Shown here in pieces: positions 38,563 to 51,075 of a stretch of DNA of 64,000 nt. Position 1 is the first letter of the stretch. Each line of letters begins with the position of its first letter. The notes beneath the pieces are model-generated. The model was not told the origin of the DNA. It saw nothing but the letters and a program-made list of their open reading frames with translations, and made no database searches. Origin of the DNA: Mytilus californianus. Taxonomy: Eukaryota. Location: positions 125,364,001-125,428,000 of the forward strand of contig NW_026262679.1 of assembly GCF_021869535.1 (NCBI RefSeq), in the 5' to 3' direction. Both the position numbers and the translations under genes were made by a program.

Positions 38563-39321
38563 ATGAATATTTAAATGTTTTTCTCTACTGAAACCACTTG
38601 GCCAGTTGAATCAAATGTGATCGAAATCAGTCTAAAATTTCCCTGATAGAAGTTTTGCAGATATATGTAACTTTCTACCATTGGCCTTGGTAGACAAATA
38701 ACCCAGGGAGTGAGAATGACAACTAGTGGCTAGATTCCTGACTTCTGACATGACTTAATTCAATTACATTTATACTTCATGGTCATGTACTTCAGAATTT
38801 AAAACAGAACAAAATAATAAAACAATGTAATACTGTATGAACCAATGTGTTCTGAAGACAATGTAGCATTACTGAATCATCTGTTAAAAATGAAATAATA
38901 ATGTCTTATGCTGTATTATTCCACTGTTTATACATATTGATAGTTAAATCAATATTTGATTGGTTGAGACTATCCCACGTGTCATTGAACAAATCTTCAT
39001 ATTCCCTTTTGAGGATCATATTCCCCTCTGAAATGTCGGGATTACATCGTGCGACGTTACGCGCAGTTAATGTACATAACGTTTTGAACTTCTTATTCTT
39101 CTTAAAATAGTGATAGCAGAAATCATTATCATGTTCAAATTTATTTCAGACGATAAAACAAAAAGACTAATAATGAACTTTTGATCCGTACTGTTCATCA
39201 ATGTGTATGTCATGTTTAGTTTAACTTATAAAAACAAGCGGATAAGAAAAAAAATGTATGCAAAATAATAATTAATGTATTGATAGTAAACAAAGCATAG
39301 GCAGTGGAATAAAACATTCAT

Positions 39322-39450
39322 TTCCCTTTGCCTCGGGAGATATGAAGATTTGCTCACCCTCGAAATATCATATTTCCCTTGGGCAGAGCCCTCGTGAAAT
39401 ATGAATATTCTTGGGTAAACAAATCTTCATATCTCCCTCAGGCATGGGAA
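39322..39450. other. ~130-nt imperfect fold-back palindrome
   Basis: Arms 39322-39358 and 39414-39450 include an 18-bp perfect stem GGGAGATATGAAGATTTG/CAAATCTTCATATCTCCC, with inner arms and a GGGC-AGA-GCCC apex. Confidence 0.8.
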
Positions 39451-39999
39451 GTAAATGTATAATATACAACACTCAATTTCACTGTATTTCTAAATGGCAA
39501 CATCTTTTTTTAAAAAGTGAAAGAAAATGATTTCATACATCATTTTGTAAGTAACCTGACATGAATTCACAGAATCAAAGGCATTATAGTTAATATTTCC
39601 AAGAGCTGGTGATTGGTTGATGCCGTCCAGAAAATGGAAATTCAACTAATTGCATAACGTTACTATGGACAGCAAAATGAAAAATAATGTTACGTCATTG
39701 GTTGAATTTCCATTTTGTTGTACATATAATGAAGTTACCCATAATCCTTTAGATTTTGATCAGACCAATTCTGAAATTAAAATTACAGACCAGACAATGA
39801 ATATTCTTTTATCATTATATGACCAGTAATAATACAACACTTTTGAAAAATTAAGTCAGTGTTTGGTTACTGATAGTTAGAAAATTTCCCTTTGCCCCAT
39901 TGAAATTAATTTTAAATCCATGTCAAAGATTATTTCATCTTCAGTGTATGGAAAGAAGCATTTCTATTAGTTATTCTATAAGTTTGTTTTTAATTTCAG

Positions 40000-40050
40000 T
40001 TTTGTTGATGCAGGAGGACCTGATATAGTCACCAATCCTACATTCCATCA
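40000..40050 (+). CDS. HPSE: Heparanase-like paralog 1, exon 5 (51 nt)
   Basis: FVDAGGPDIVTNPTFH, then CA|GTAAGT; joins exon 6 to give FHHYY (cf. heparanase WHHYY). Confidence 0.88.
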
Positions 40051-40080
40051 GTAAGTACACAAAAGCTATGTACATATTAA

Positions 40081-43000
40081 CACTTTCGCTCCTGAATTAA
40101 ATTTTTTTCGCGGGATTTGGTGGCCGAAGTTTATTTCCTCGAGCTAATTCCCCGACCGGGTTTCATTTTGCAAGGTTCTACAGAAAAAAATCGTGATTAC
40201 GGAAATCGTCGAATTTCAGCAAACGACAGTAAATTGGTCGTTCATAAGCCACGTGGTGAAAGAAAAGTTTGTTCTCCAAGGAGGGTTAATGCCATTTTGT
40301 TGATTGACTGCGATTTAAAGCAAAATTATTCTACTTTCCCGTTGAAAATTTGCGTACGGAATTTTTTCTACCTCGGTACTGTTTAAATGCGCTTAAATTA
40401 CGTTTGAACCAATTTTACTTCAAACAAGTGTCATGCAAACGAATAACAGTCGTACTACTCAAGTTCCTTATCCGTAAAAAGTGTTCCAATCGATGTCTTC
40501 CAGACAAAAAAATGCTTAATAAAGTGTCTGTCGTTTACGAGAAAATTGCGACCGCCATATTGTTTACATGGTTAAAGAAGAGAGACAACTCCAACAAAAT
40601 CAGGAACATTAATCCTACCATAAGCAAGAGTTTGAATTTGGAAACTAACAAAATCCGTGCAAAATTGCAAGCAAAATTAAAACCAAAATATTTTATCGAG
40701 ACAAACAATAAAATGTTGCAGTATTTTATCATTTTCATCCCCATTTGGTTCAGCAAATTAATTTACCTTACACAAACCATTTGTTATACTTCAGTAAATT
40801 CATATATGTACTGTACATGCTGTATGAGATAATTATACAGATCTATGATTTTTTTTTACTTGATGAAAATTTATTGTATATACGTGCATGCATTAAAAGA
40901 CTGGATTAAATTCATAATTAATAGTTCATGAGAAAAAGTTTTAATGTTGAATTTTTTTTTTTTAATAGTTTATAAAATTTTTGGCATATTTTAAAATTCA
41001 TATCTTTTTCATGTTCATACTTCAAAGTTTCTGTCTATAATTTTTTTTTAACTAAAACTATTCTGCCAGTTCATATGATTTTTAACAAAAATATATGTTT
41101 AAAATGTAACATATAACTTACAAAAATTTACAGATAAATCCTCTAGCTTGAATGTCAACACTGGCCTGCCTGCATGAATTGATATCGGAAATAAGGATTG
41201 TTTATATGTGGTAAATGTTCAGGTTTTTTTTAAAACAACTAGTCAACAATTAAAACTTTAACAGACGTCCAAACAGCTTAAAAGTAACAGTCAACATTAA
41301 CAAAACAGTTCTATGATCCACTTCCTTGATCAGTTGTAACAATTCCTTACAGTGTGGAATTTGGTAAAGCATTCAGGCAGGCACAGGTGTTTTCCACAAT
41401 CATTACAGCCAAATTTGGTTTGTTTAACCGTCTCCTGATTTCCATTTTTTGTCCTCATGTAGCATAAATGGCATTTTGACTTCTTGTTGAAACTAGATGG
41501 CATATGTCTCTGAACAAGTCTGTTTTCAAGTGGAACTTGTGATGGTCTTCCCCTGCGGATGTCAGATGAATAGCCTGCGACTAATCCTTTTGCAATATTT
41601 AAAGTAAAGTCAAGGAATGTCATTGAAGATGGATGGTTATTGCTCATGATAAACAGTTTAAAAGCATTAAATTTTGCCATTTCCAGTAGTACAAAGAAAA
41701 CCCTCTTACTCCATTTGATTGTTTTATGATTGTAGCAGTAATATTGGATATACTGGTCGGCACGGTCCACACCTCCCATATTACTAGTATAATCTGCAAC
41801 CATTTTTGGACAAACAAAGTTTTGCCTAGAAAAATTGCCATCTGTATTGACTAGTCTCTGCACTTCAGATGTACTGTTGTCATGAATAGTTGACAAGACA
41901 TTTACAATTTTTTTATCTTTCCAAGCTGAAGCTACAAGACATCCTTTTTGGCGGAACTTCATATCCCCACGTTGATTTATGCCTTCTTGTCGTTTACAAA
42001 TTATATCAACGGGTAGTCCCCTACGGTTTATTCGGACTGTTCCACACGCTGCTGTACCATAATTTTCAAATAAATCTACAAAAAGCTCTGGACTTGAAAA
42101 ATAATTATCAGTATACACATGGTACCCTTTACCCTCTAGTTGTGCTCCCTGTAGACACCTTTTGACAACATTACTGGCTAGGTGTAATTGAGGAGTTGCA
42201 CGTCTCCCTGGATATATGTCTACAAACTGTATGTAGCTACTTTGAGACTCAGCTAGCATCCACACCTTCACTCCCCATTTATGTGGCTTTGCTGGCATGT
42301 ATTGTCGAAACTGAACTCTACCTTTAAACGGAATCATACTCTCGTCTATAGTGACATTTCTTTTAGGGTTATACTCCTGGTTGAAGCAGGCATTGAAGTG
42401 ATTTACTAATGGTTTGACTTTAAACAAGGGGTCATAATTTTCAGCACCTGGTAATGGTTCTAACTCTGAGTTTGAAAAGTGGAGGTATCTCATTATCTGT
42501 GTGAACCTGTCACGACTCATGGTTTGCGGAAATACAGGTGTATGCAAAAAATGATCAGTTGACCAGTACATTTTGGTAGATGGTTTCCTATCAACACCCA
42601 TTTGGAAACAGAGTCCAAGAAAAGCATTCATCTCAGCAACTGAAGGTCTTACCCAGGCCATTTTGTTCTGATTTGGGTGTTGCTCTTTCTGTTGAAGGGC
42701 ATAGCGGTCAGTTTCATCAATCAAATTTTCAATTAGCATGTCAGTCAGGAAAAGCTTAAGGAAATCTATAGGATCCTTGTCTTGTGGCATGATCCTAGTT
42801 GGCCCTGAGATTCCAGAGGGTGTGAAAAGGTGAGGCATTCCTCGTTCATGATATATAAAGTTTTCATGCCAACCATTATGATTATGAAAGACATTACCAG
42901 CATCACCAGCAGGTCCAGGGATATCATCATTGATATCATCGTCTGAATCACCGGATTCTATGTAGCCGTCACTGTCATCACCTAAACCCTGCTGAAGTAA

Positions 43001-44018
43001 CTGATGCTGGTATCTAGCTTCAGCTTCATCTATTTCACCTTGAGAAAAGCCTTCAAATTCGTCAGATTCATCAGACGACATTTTGTTAACCTTTTTTGAC
43101 TGAACAAGTGACCCAACGGTGATACGAGACTTACCTTTCATCACTTCTTTTACTTAAATTAACAGATTAAAATAGCAGAAAACACCACTACAGTGTCAGG
43201 TTACATGTCTTACTTAGTTGATAATTTTATTTTTACTTCTAAGTAAACGAAATATAAGCGAAAACAAACTTTTTACCGGGTTGCATAAATTGTGTAATAT
43301 TTTTCCGCCATGATTGTTGACATATTTTCCATAACGATGTCTATTTCCGGTTCAATTTAAGGTCGTTAGAATTTTTGTATTTTTAGCACACAAAAAAAGT
43401 AATTAAGGATTACATTAATATGCAAAAATTCTCGAGATTTTTATCAATTCGTTGATATGTAAAATGACCGACAAGAACTATTTTTAATTAGCTTTATTTG
43501 TGTTTGCAAATGTGATGTCACCGAGATAAATTTTACTATCGTACAAGCACCTGCTCGACATTTTAAGCATTTAAAAATAAACTACGATCCTGAAGTTAAA
43601 GCAAAAATAACCTGAAGTTTGTAATTTTATATTATAAATTTAATTTGATTCGTTGTTGCTTTGAATACTTACACTAATTTCATGAAAAAAAACGATTCAA
43701 CGAGGAGTTTTTCGTTTCGCCATTTTGCAAATGGAGTCGATATTTTTTCATGTTTTATTTTCAGTTTTCGCATTTGATGAACAATATATCCTTTCAACCA
43801 TTGTAAAACTAAAATTATGTTATATTATTTTAACTTTATTTACACCATGAACCGAAACCTATGGTTAGAATTTAGTATTTTTACTTTTGAAGTTGTCGTT
43901 CTAAAAATAGAATTTTAGGTATCCTTAAGGATAATTTCGCCCACAGCTCCGTGGTGCCAAAAGGATAATTTCGGCTCGCGCTCCAGGGTGCCAAAAGGAT
44001 CATTTCGGTACGAAAGGG
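40081..44018 (-). mobile_element. Full-length piggyBac DNA transposon (3938 bp)
   Basis: TTAA at 40077-40080 and 44019-44022; TIRs CACTTTCGCTCC vs CCCTTTCGTACC; three 34-bp subterminal direct repeats at 43927, 43961 and 43995. Confidence 0.92.
41330..43144 (-). CDS. piggyBac transposase (PGBD4-like, DDE_Tnp_1_7), 604 aa
   Basis: TIDESMIPFKGR, YTDNYFSS, MGGVDRADQ (DDD triad), acidic N-terminus, C-terminal CHLC...CNDC..HLC...CF..FH Cys-rich domain. Confidence 0.95.
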   Translation of the reverse strand: MMKGKSRITVGSLVQSKKVNKMSSDESDEFEGFSQGEIDEAEARYQHQLLQQGLGDDSDGYIESGDSDDDINDDIPGPAGDAGNVFHNHNGWHENFIYHERGMPHLFTPSGISGPTRIMPQDKDPIDFLKLFLTDMLIENLIDETDRYALQQKEQHPNQNKMAWVRPSVAEMNAFLGLCFQMGVDRKPSTKMYWSTDHFLHTPVFPQTMSRDRFTQIMRYLHFSNSELEPLPGAENYDPLFKVKPLVNHFNACFNQEYNPKRNVTIDESMIPFKGRVQFRQYMPAKPHKWGVKVWMLAESQSSYIQFVDIYPGRRATPQLHLASNVVKRCLQGAQLEGKGYHVYTDNYFSSPELFVDLFENYGTAACGTVRINRRGLPVDIICKRQEGINQRGDMKFRQKGCLVASAWKDKKIVNVLSTIHDNSTSEVQRLVNTDGNFSRQNFVCPKMVADYTSNMGGVDRADQYIQYYCYNHKTIKWSKRVFFVLLEMAKFNAFKLFIMSNNHPSSMTFLDFTLNIAKGLVAGYSSDIRRGRPSQVPLENRLVQRHMPSSFNKKSKCHLCYMRTKNGNQETVKQTKFGCNDCGKHLCLPECFTKFHTVRNCYN

Positions 44019-44884
44019 TTAAGGGAGGTAACTTGTCTTTTAAACTAAAGGAAGTAAACAATCCTACATTCCATCATTAGGCATACAACCATAATGTGTT
44101 CCCTTTGTTATTGATCTACCATAAAGTTGCCGTGTATTATGTGGGAGTATCATTCTGATATATACATTTTTTACTGTTTTCTTTAAAAAGTGAACTAAAG
44201 GCCCTGAAATTATATTACCGGTAAATTGCATGTTTGTTGAAAAACTTTTAAGTTAAACACATAAAAGTGGTGATATGGTCAAAGCAAAAATGGGGTAGGA
44301 ATAAATTTCAGCTTTCCAAAGTTGGCAAAGCTCCACAGAGGGAAGCAGTGTTTTTTTTTTTAGAGATATATATATCAGAATATTAAAGTACTATGATAGC
44401 AGGTGGATTTAGTTCATGTGTATGCCTATAAGATTGTATAATTAAAATTCTATTTTACTTTTATTAAAAGGCACTGGTAAAATAATTTTAGGATGATGTC
44501 AGTCAGTTCTAAGTATTGAGAGGTACCCCAAGAAAAAAAGTGAGGTAACCAACCCTTCATACAATCAATAAATCTACAATACATTTGTAAATGATCAAAA
44601 ATGTATTTAGAAAAAAAAAACATATTTTTGTTTAACTTTTTTTCTGTTTCTGTTTAAGTTGTCCATTATATATTTTGTGTGTGCATGAGATTTCACCATT
44701 TTGCATAGCAGGTAATAGGGTATCTAAAGCATATTGTATACAACTTATTCTAAAATTATTAGGGATATTAGAAATGGATCACTTTTAAATCTTTTCATTT
44801 TCCCTTTTTATCTATGAAAAATGTACACAATGCTTCCCCAACTGATCCCATGAAAAAGATCATACTTATAATATGTTTTTGTAG

Positions 44885-45082
44885 CTATTATGACTATGGT
44901 CCATCAATGACTGTCCCAAAGTTCATGGCACCAGACATTCTGAGTAATCTACCTTGGCAGATAAATGTTGCAAAGAAGATAGCTCCATTTCCTTTATATG
45001 GCAAATTCTGGTTAGGTGAAACAAGCTCAGCCTGGGGAGGAGGAGCTGCAGGATTATCTGACAGATATGTTGCAGGATTCAT
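44885..45082 (+). CDS. HPSE: Heparanase-like paralog 1, exon 6 (nucleophile)
   Basis: YYDYGP...KFWLGETSSAWGGGAAGLSDRYVAGF; AG/GT boundaries. Confidence 0.95.
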
Positions 45083-45972
45083 GTAAGTTGGGGAGATACA
45101 AAGTTGAACTGTTTGTTTATGTGACAGATGTGTGACTCGATTTTCTAGTTACAAGACACATAGTCAGCCCTTGGAGGAGGTGTAGGTCTGGAAGATATGA
45201 AGTTAAGGTTAGGAGAAACAACATGGATTTGTAAACAGATTAGATTACATAATGATGATGCGAGGATGTGGTATGATTACCAATTAGACGATTATCCACC
45301 AAAGGATCTGGATATAAGGAACTATAGGTCACTGGACTGTCTTCACCAATAAGCAAGACCAATACTGTATAGTTCACTTTAAAAGATTTTGCCATTACAA
45401 AAGTGAAACAGTTTTTAATAAGAAAACTAGCAACCTGATTTATACTAAACCAATTAAAGAAAAACAATTGTTGCAGACAGCAGTGAATTGTATGCTCCTG
45501 ATTTGGAACAGGCACATACAGAATGCGACGAGATTAAACAAGTTTGTGAGCACTCAACACTCCCACTAACCTAGGGCAATACGGTAACCGTACAACATAG
45601 GAAAAAACTATAGAAATCAGTTAAAAAGAGCTTTACTATTCAGATTGGTACAAAGCACAAAATATAAATTACGAAAGGCTAAAGACAAAAAGTTTTGATC
45701 TTAGAGTATTTAACAGCTGCTGCAAACTAGTTCAAACCCCATTGCAACTTATAGTTAAATCATGTCTTCCAGACTAAAATATCAATCAATACACATCTAA
45801 TAGATTTAGGGTAAACATGGTAAAGATGTCATCAAAAGTCGGAAAAATGCATGACCTAATGCAATGCCTTTATATAAGAATCGACAGAATGTCAACAACT
45901 TGTCTGTTTTTCAACCACTGGAAAGAGACCTAGATTTGAAAATACCTGATATTTATATTTTGTTTTCTACAG

Positions 45973-46087
45973 GTGGCTAGATAAATTAGGAATATCAGCA
46001 TCATTAGGAGTGGATGTGGTAGTGAGGCAGACATTTTATGGTGGAAGTTATGGTCTGATTGATACAAAGACTTCAAACCCTAATCCT
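45973..46087 (+). CDS. HPSE: Heparanase-like paralog 1, exon 7
   Basis: WLDKLGISASLGVDVVVRQTFYGGSYGLIDTKTSNPNP|GTAAGT. Confidence 0.95.
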
Positions 46088-46094
46088 GTAAGTA

Positions 46095-47534
46095 TTTTAA
46101 GAAAAACAGAGGGGATATGGCTCGGAAATTTAAAGTCCTGTAAAGATAAGGTTGACCATATTAAGTGGACACAAGAACCGATAAAATTATTGGGAATATA
46201 TTTTGGACTTAATAAAAATAAGTGTTAAAAATTAAACTTGTAATGACAATACAAAAAATCTGAAAAAATAATTATAGACTGGAATAAAAGAAAATTAGCT
46301 ATGTTAGGTAAAATAACTCTTGTTAAATCATTAATCCTACCGAATATCACTCATGTTGCATCAGTAACAGAAATTCATAAAGAATACCTTGCAAAATTAA
46401 AAAAAAATCATATATAGTTTTATATGGAACAATAAACCAGAAAAAGTTAAAAGAGTTAAAGTTATCATGCTGGTGGGCTTAAAATGATAGACATAGATAA
46501 ATATATAGAATCCATAAATATTAATTGGGTAAAAAGACTCATTGATAGCGAAGACCAATCACCCAATTGGAATGTCTTACCAAAATTTTACTTAGACAAA
46601 TTTGGACAAGAATTCCTTATATAGTATTAAAAATGAACTTTAACAATATTAATTTCATTAATAAATATGATGAACTAAAAGAAATTGTTCCAGAATTTTA
46701 CTTCAAAATAATCATATCATGGATAAATTCAAAATCTGAAAAAGATTTAGACTCACTATCATATAAACATATTAGGCAGCAACTTATACGGGCAATAAAC
46801 ATATCAAATTAAATGGTAAATGTCTTATATTCAAAAATTGGATAAACAGTAAAATTTTATTTGTAAATGACATAATTAATGATAAAGGAAAAATTAATCA
46901 AAATATGCTTCCAGATAAACTATCTTGCCATGCTAATTGGTTTTCAGAATATTCTTAATTGACAAAAGCAATACCTAAACAGTGGTTACAAGAGCTAACA
47001 AAAGAAGAATCAATTAAAACAAAATGTGCTACCGACTCCGAATCTAAATTTCAAGATAGAAAAGGAAAAATGGTATCAGTAAAAACAATTTCCTCCAAAG
47101 ATATTTACATCTCCCTTTTAAATACATATTATGAGAAGGCAATAGGATTTCAAAAATGGGACAGAATACTAATTTAGATAACAATATAAGGAAAAGACAA
47201 CAAATGTTGTACTTTATCTTTAACTATATCCAAGATAATAAATTGAAAATGTTGAGATGGAAATTTCTACATTACATTTTACCAACCAAACAATTACTTT
47301 TCTCTTGGAAAATAACTAAAACTCCTTTATGTAATATATGTAATGTCATTGAAGATTATGAACATTACTTTTTGACATGCAAATATCTGAAATTGTTTTG
47401 GGATCAAATAAAACTAATACTAGATAAACTTAAAATAGGACATCATATATAATATAATATGCATCACTTTTGTATTGATATAAGATAAACGATACAAATT
47501 ATTAAAATATTAACAATTTTCTAACAATTATACT
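46095..47534 (+). mobile_element. 5'-truncated, decayed L1/Tx1-clade LINE (ORF2 C-terminal part)
   Basis: KTEGIWLG...IKLLGIYFG, KRKLAMLGKITLVKSL, FIWNNKPEKVKR, GGLKMID, and zf-RVT-like CNICNVIEDYEHYFLTC, with stops and frameshifts. Confidence 0.8.
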
Positions 47535-48407
47535 TTTTGTGGAGCTTCTGTCGCAGAAAGCTCTACATAGGGATAGTGATCCGGCAACGGTGGTGGCGGC
47601 GTTAACTAACTACTTAAAAGCTTTATATTTTAGAAGGTGGAAGACCTGGATGCTCCATACTTTGTATATAGATGCCTTATGTTATGAAGCTTCCGTCTGT
47701 CCAACTGGCAGGTGTCATCTGACCTTTACCTCATTTTCGTGGTTCAGTGGTTAAAGTTAAGTTTTTGTGTTTTGGTCTTTTTTTCTAATACTGTATGCAG
47801 TAGGTCAACTATATTTGGTGTATGGAAGTATTTTACAATGTACATGTCAGTCTGGTAGGTTTTATTTGACCTTGACCTCATTTTCACGGTTCATTGCTCA
47901 GTGTTAAGTTTTTTGTGTTTTGGTCTGTTTTTCTTTGTAAGCAATAGGTCATCTATATTTGGTGTATGGAATGATTGTAAGGTGTATATGTCTGTCTGGC
48001 AGGTATTATCTGACCTTGACCTCATTTTCATGGTTCATTGGTCATTGTTAAATTTTCATAGTTAAGTTTGTTTTTTAGGTACTATAAGTAATAGGTCAAC
48101 AATATTTAATGCATAGATTGATTGTAAGGTGTACATGTCTGGCATGGTTCATCTGACCTTGACCTCATTTTCATGGTTCATTGGTCAATGTTAAATTTTC
48201 CTGGTTAAGTTTGTTTGTGTATGGAATGATTGTAAAGTGTACATGTATTTCTGGTTTGGTTTATCTGACCTTGGCCTCATTTTCTTGGATCATGTTAAGT
48301 TTATATGTGATACTTGTAGTAAAGCTTTATATTTAGGACTATCAACATAAAATCAAAATCAATGATCAGTAAAGCAGGCGAGAGATTTCAGCATGGGCAC
48401 TCTTGTT
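47535..48407. mobile_element. Helentron/HINE-like element
   Basis: 5' hairpin GAGCTTCTG-TCG-CAGAAAGCTC, GGC/GGT microsatellite, repeated TCTGACCTTGACCTCATTTTC units, 3' end CAGGCGAG...CACTCTTGTT. Confidence 0.6.
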
Positions 48408-49474
48408 ACTATATAGAATATATTATGTATCCTAGCAGAAAACAAAACAAATTAATGTGCTTGAAATTTTTGAAAATGAACTTCTCCAAAATTACAAAAT
48501 ATTGACAAATAAAGAAGGCAAATATGAAAACTTCTACAATTTGGTTGCAGAAAAAATTAATTTATCTTCTTAAACTAAAATTTATAATATATCATATTAC
48601 TTTCTTTTTAATCTGTTGCATATTATTTATTAGCTAAACTGTATATTGTGTACTAACAATTACTTACCTTATCACTGAAATGCTATATACTAACCTTAAC
48701 AAGGCCGGGATAAGATACCGGTACTTTATGTATCTCTAACAAATGTAAATTTCAAATATAAAAAAAAAAGAAGAAATTTTTAGAGGAGTAACATAAAAAA
48801 GTAAAAAAACAGTCCTAAAGATTAATGAAAAGTCAACCTTGGAATTACAATATCAAGAAAAATAGTGATTCTCTTTTAAAAGTGCAGGTGAAAGTACTTT
48901 GACATTGCTCTGGTATAAATGTATAGAGTAATTGTGTACAAATTTCTGACTGTTATAAAATGTTCTTAAAAAATTGAACAAGAAATAAATATTTGCTCAT
49001 TTTTCTAAAGCATTGATATTATTGTTATTGGGTGGCCACATATTAATTGCCGTGGCAACCGATGAATTACTTTAAATTTGATCTTTGTTTACATGCATGT
49101 GTAAATCCGAAAGAACTGTTCATATTTTCATTGCTATTTGATTCTTATGATAAAGCTAATGCCAATTTATTTATGGACTATTACCTGTAGTAGAGTGCAC
49201 AATTTTTTCATTGCTTTTTCATTCTTTAATTGTTTCAAGATGGAGTAAAAGACTAGTTTTAAAGTATATTTTTGGTTGATTTCATATTAAGTATTATTTA
49301 AATTCGATTAAACATTCCTCATATGCAATATTTAAATTGATTGTAATTTGAAATCAATTCACTCCAAAATGATCCACTAACAGAATTAAATGTGCATCAC
49401 TGTTAGTAAGATACACACTCCATTGTTGATTTTCGGTACACTATAATAACAAAGAAATGAACTTGATTTTGCAG

Positions 49475-49590
49475 GATTTTTGGTTGTCTTACCTGTACAA
49501 GAAGTTAGTAGGAAGGTCTGTGTTTAATGTGACAATGGATGATAACAAAGGATATGTTAGAATGTATACTCACTGTACTAATACTCTAAG
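49475..49590 (+). CDS. HPSE: Heparanase-like paralog 1, exon 8
   Basis: DFWLSYLYKKLVGRSVFNV...VRMYTHCTN (cf. heparanase DYWLSLLFKKLVG...RVYLHCTN). Confidence 0.92.
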
Positions 49591-50349
49591 GTTAGTTTTA
49601 CATGTAGGATAGTGGATCAATTTGAAAGATGTTTTGGGAATTCGAATGGAGGGTCATTTGTAAGGATACTTCGACTGTTTATTTAATTTTATATGTTGTT
49701 TTTAACACCTTCCTTAATTTACTGTGCAGTTAAAAAATTTCACGTTTTAAACTAAGAAGATATTTTTGAAACTTTCCCAATTGCAGCAGAATGAACATAC
49801 ATTTTTATACAGCTGTCTAAGACAGGAGGTATTATGGTATACCGTTGTCCATCTGTCTGTCTGTTTATATTTATTGAAATAAGCCCCTTTTTGCTTTTTA
49901 TAAATTTCTTATATGACATTGCAGAGTTATAGAACTTTATTTGTTGAAAAATTGTTGATAACTTCCATTTTTCACGCTTTATTTGGTTTTCGAGTATATA
50001 GAATTTAATTCTTTCAAAAATGGTGTTGTGAACAAGATAGAAGTGTATAGATGAATAATCAAGGCCCCAAACTTAGATAAACTTGAGGTAACCTAAATAG
50101 TGCCAAATTATTTAATTTTGTTTCTTTAGGTACCACTGTGTGTGCATGTCTTTTTTTTGGGGGAGGGGGTCTATTTGAACAGTTCTCACAGTATTTCTAG
50201 TTGATCATATAAATTCATTTAAAGCATAAAGACGAGCTAAAAGGGAGATGGGCGTAGCATGGGCTCATGGCACAGCTCTTTATTCTGTTATCTTGTAGAA
50301 AATTTCCCGACTTACAATCTAAACTTACTCATACTTTAAACTTTGAAAG

Positions 50350-51075
50350 AGTGAAGATACAAAGGAAGCAATCAAAAATCATAAGTCCAATATAAAACAG
50401 ACAACACCATGGACAAAAATCACAAGTCCAATATAAAACAGACATCACCATGGACAAAAATCATAAGTCCAATATAAAACAGACAACACCATGGACAAAA
50501 ATCATAAGTCCAATATAAAACAGACATCACCATGGACAAAAATCATAAGTCCAATATAAAACAGACAACACCATGGACAAAAATCATAAGTCCAATATAA
50601 AACAGACAACACCATGGACAAAAATCATAAGTCCAATATAAAACAGACAACACCATGGACAAAAATCATAAGTCCAATATAAAACAGACAACACCATGGA
50701 CAAAAATCATAAGTCCAATATAAAACACACAACACCATGGACAAAAATCATAAGTCCAATATAAAACAGACATCACCATGGACAAAAATCATAAGTCCAA
50801 TATAAAACAGACATCACCATTGACAAAAATCATAAGTCCAATATAAAACAGACATCACAATGGACAAAAATCATAAGTCCAATATAAAACAGACAACACC
50901 ATGGACAAAAATCATAAGTCCAATATAAAACAGACAACACCATGGACAAAAATCATAAGTCCAATATAAAACAGACATCACCATGGACAAAAAGAATAAC
51001 GATGAAAAGACAGAAAGACTGAGCAACATGAACCCAACCAAAAACTGGGAGTGAACTCAGATGCTACAGAAAGGA
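50350..51075 (-). mobile_element. Naiad-type 3' tail with an internal 41-bp segment amplified ~15 times (50374-50992)
   Basis: Unit AAAAATCATAAGTCCAATATAAAACAGACAACACCATGGAC. Both flanks and the unit match the reverse complement of 9240-9415. Confidence 0.75.

Noticed and set aside
40350-40832. 160-aa ORF within the piggyBac 3' region
   Set aside because: No recognisable motif, AT-rich composition and a TTG start; probably a chance ORF.
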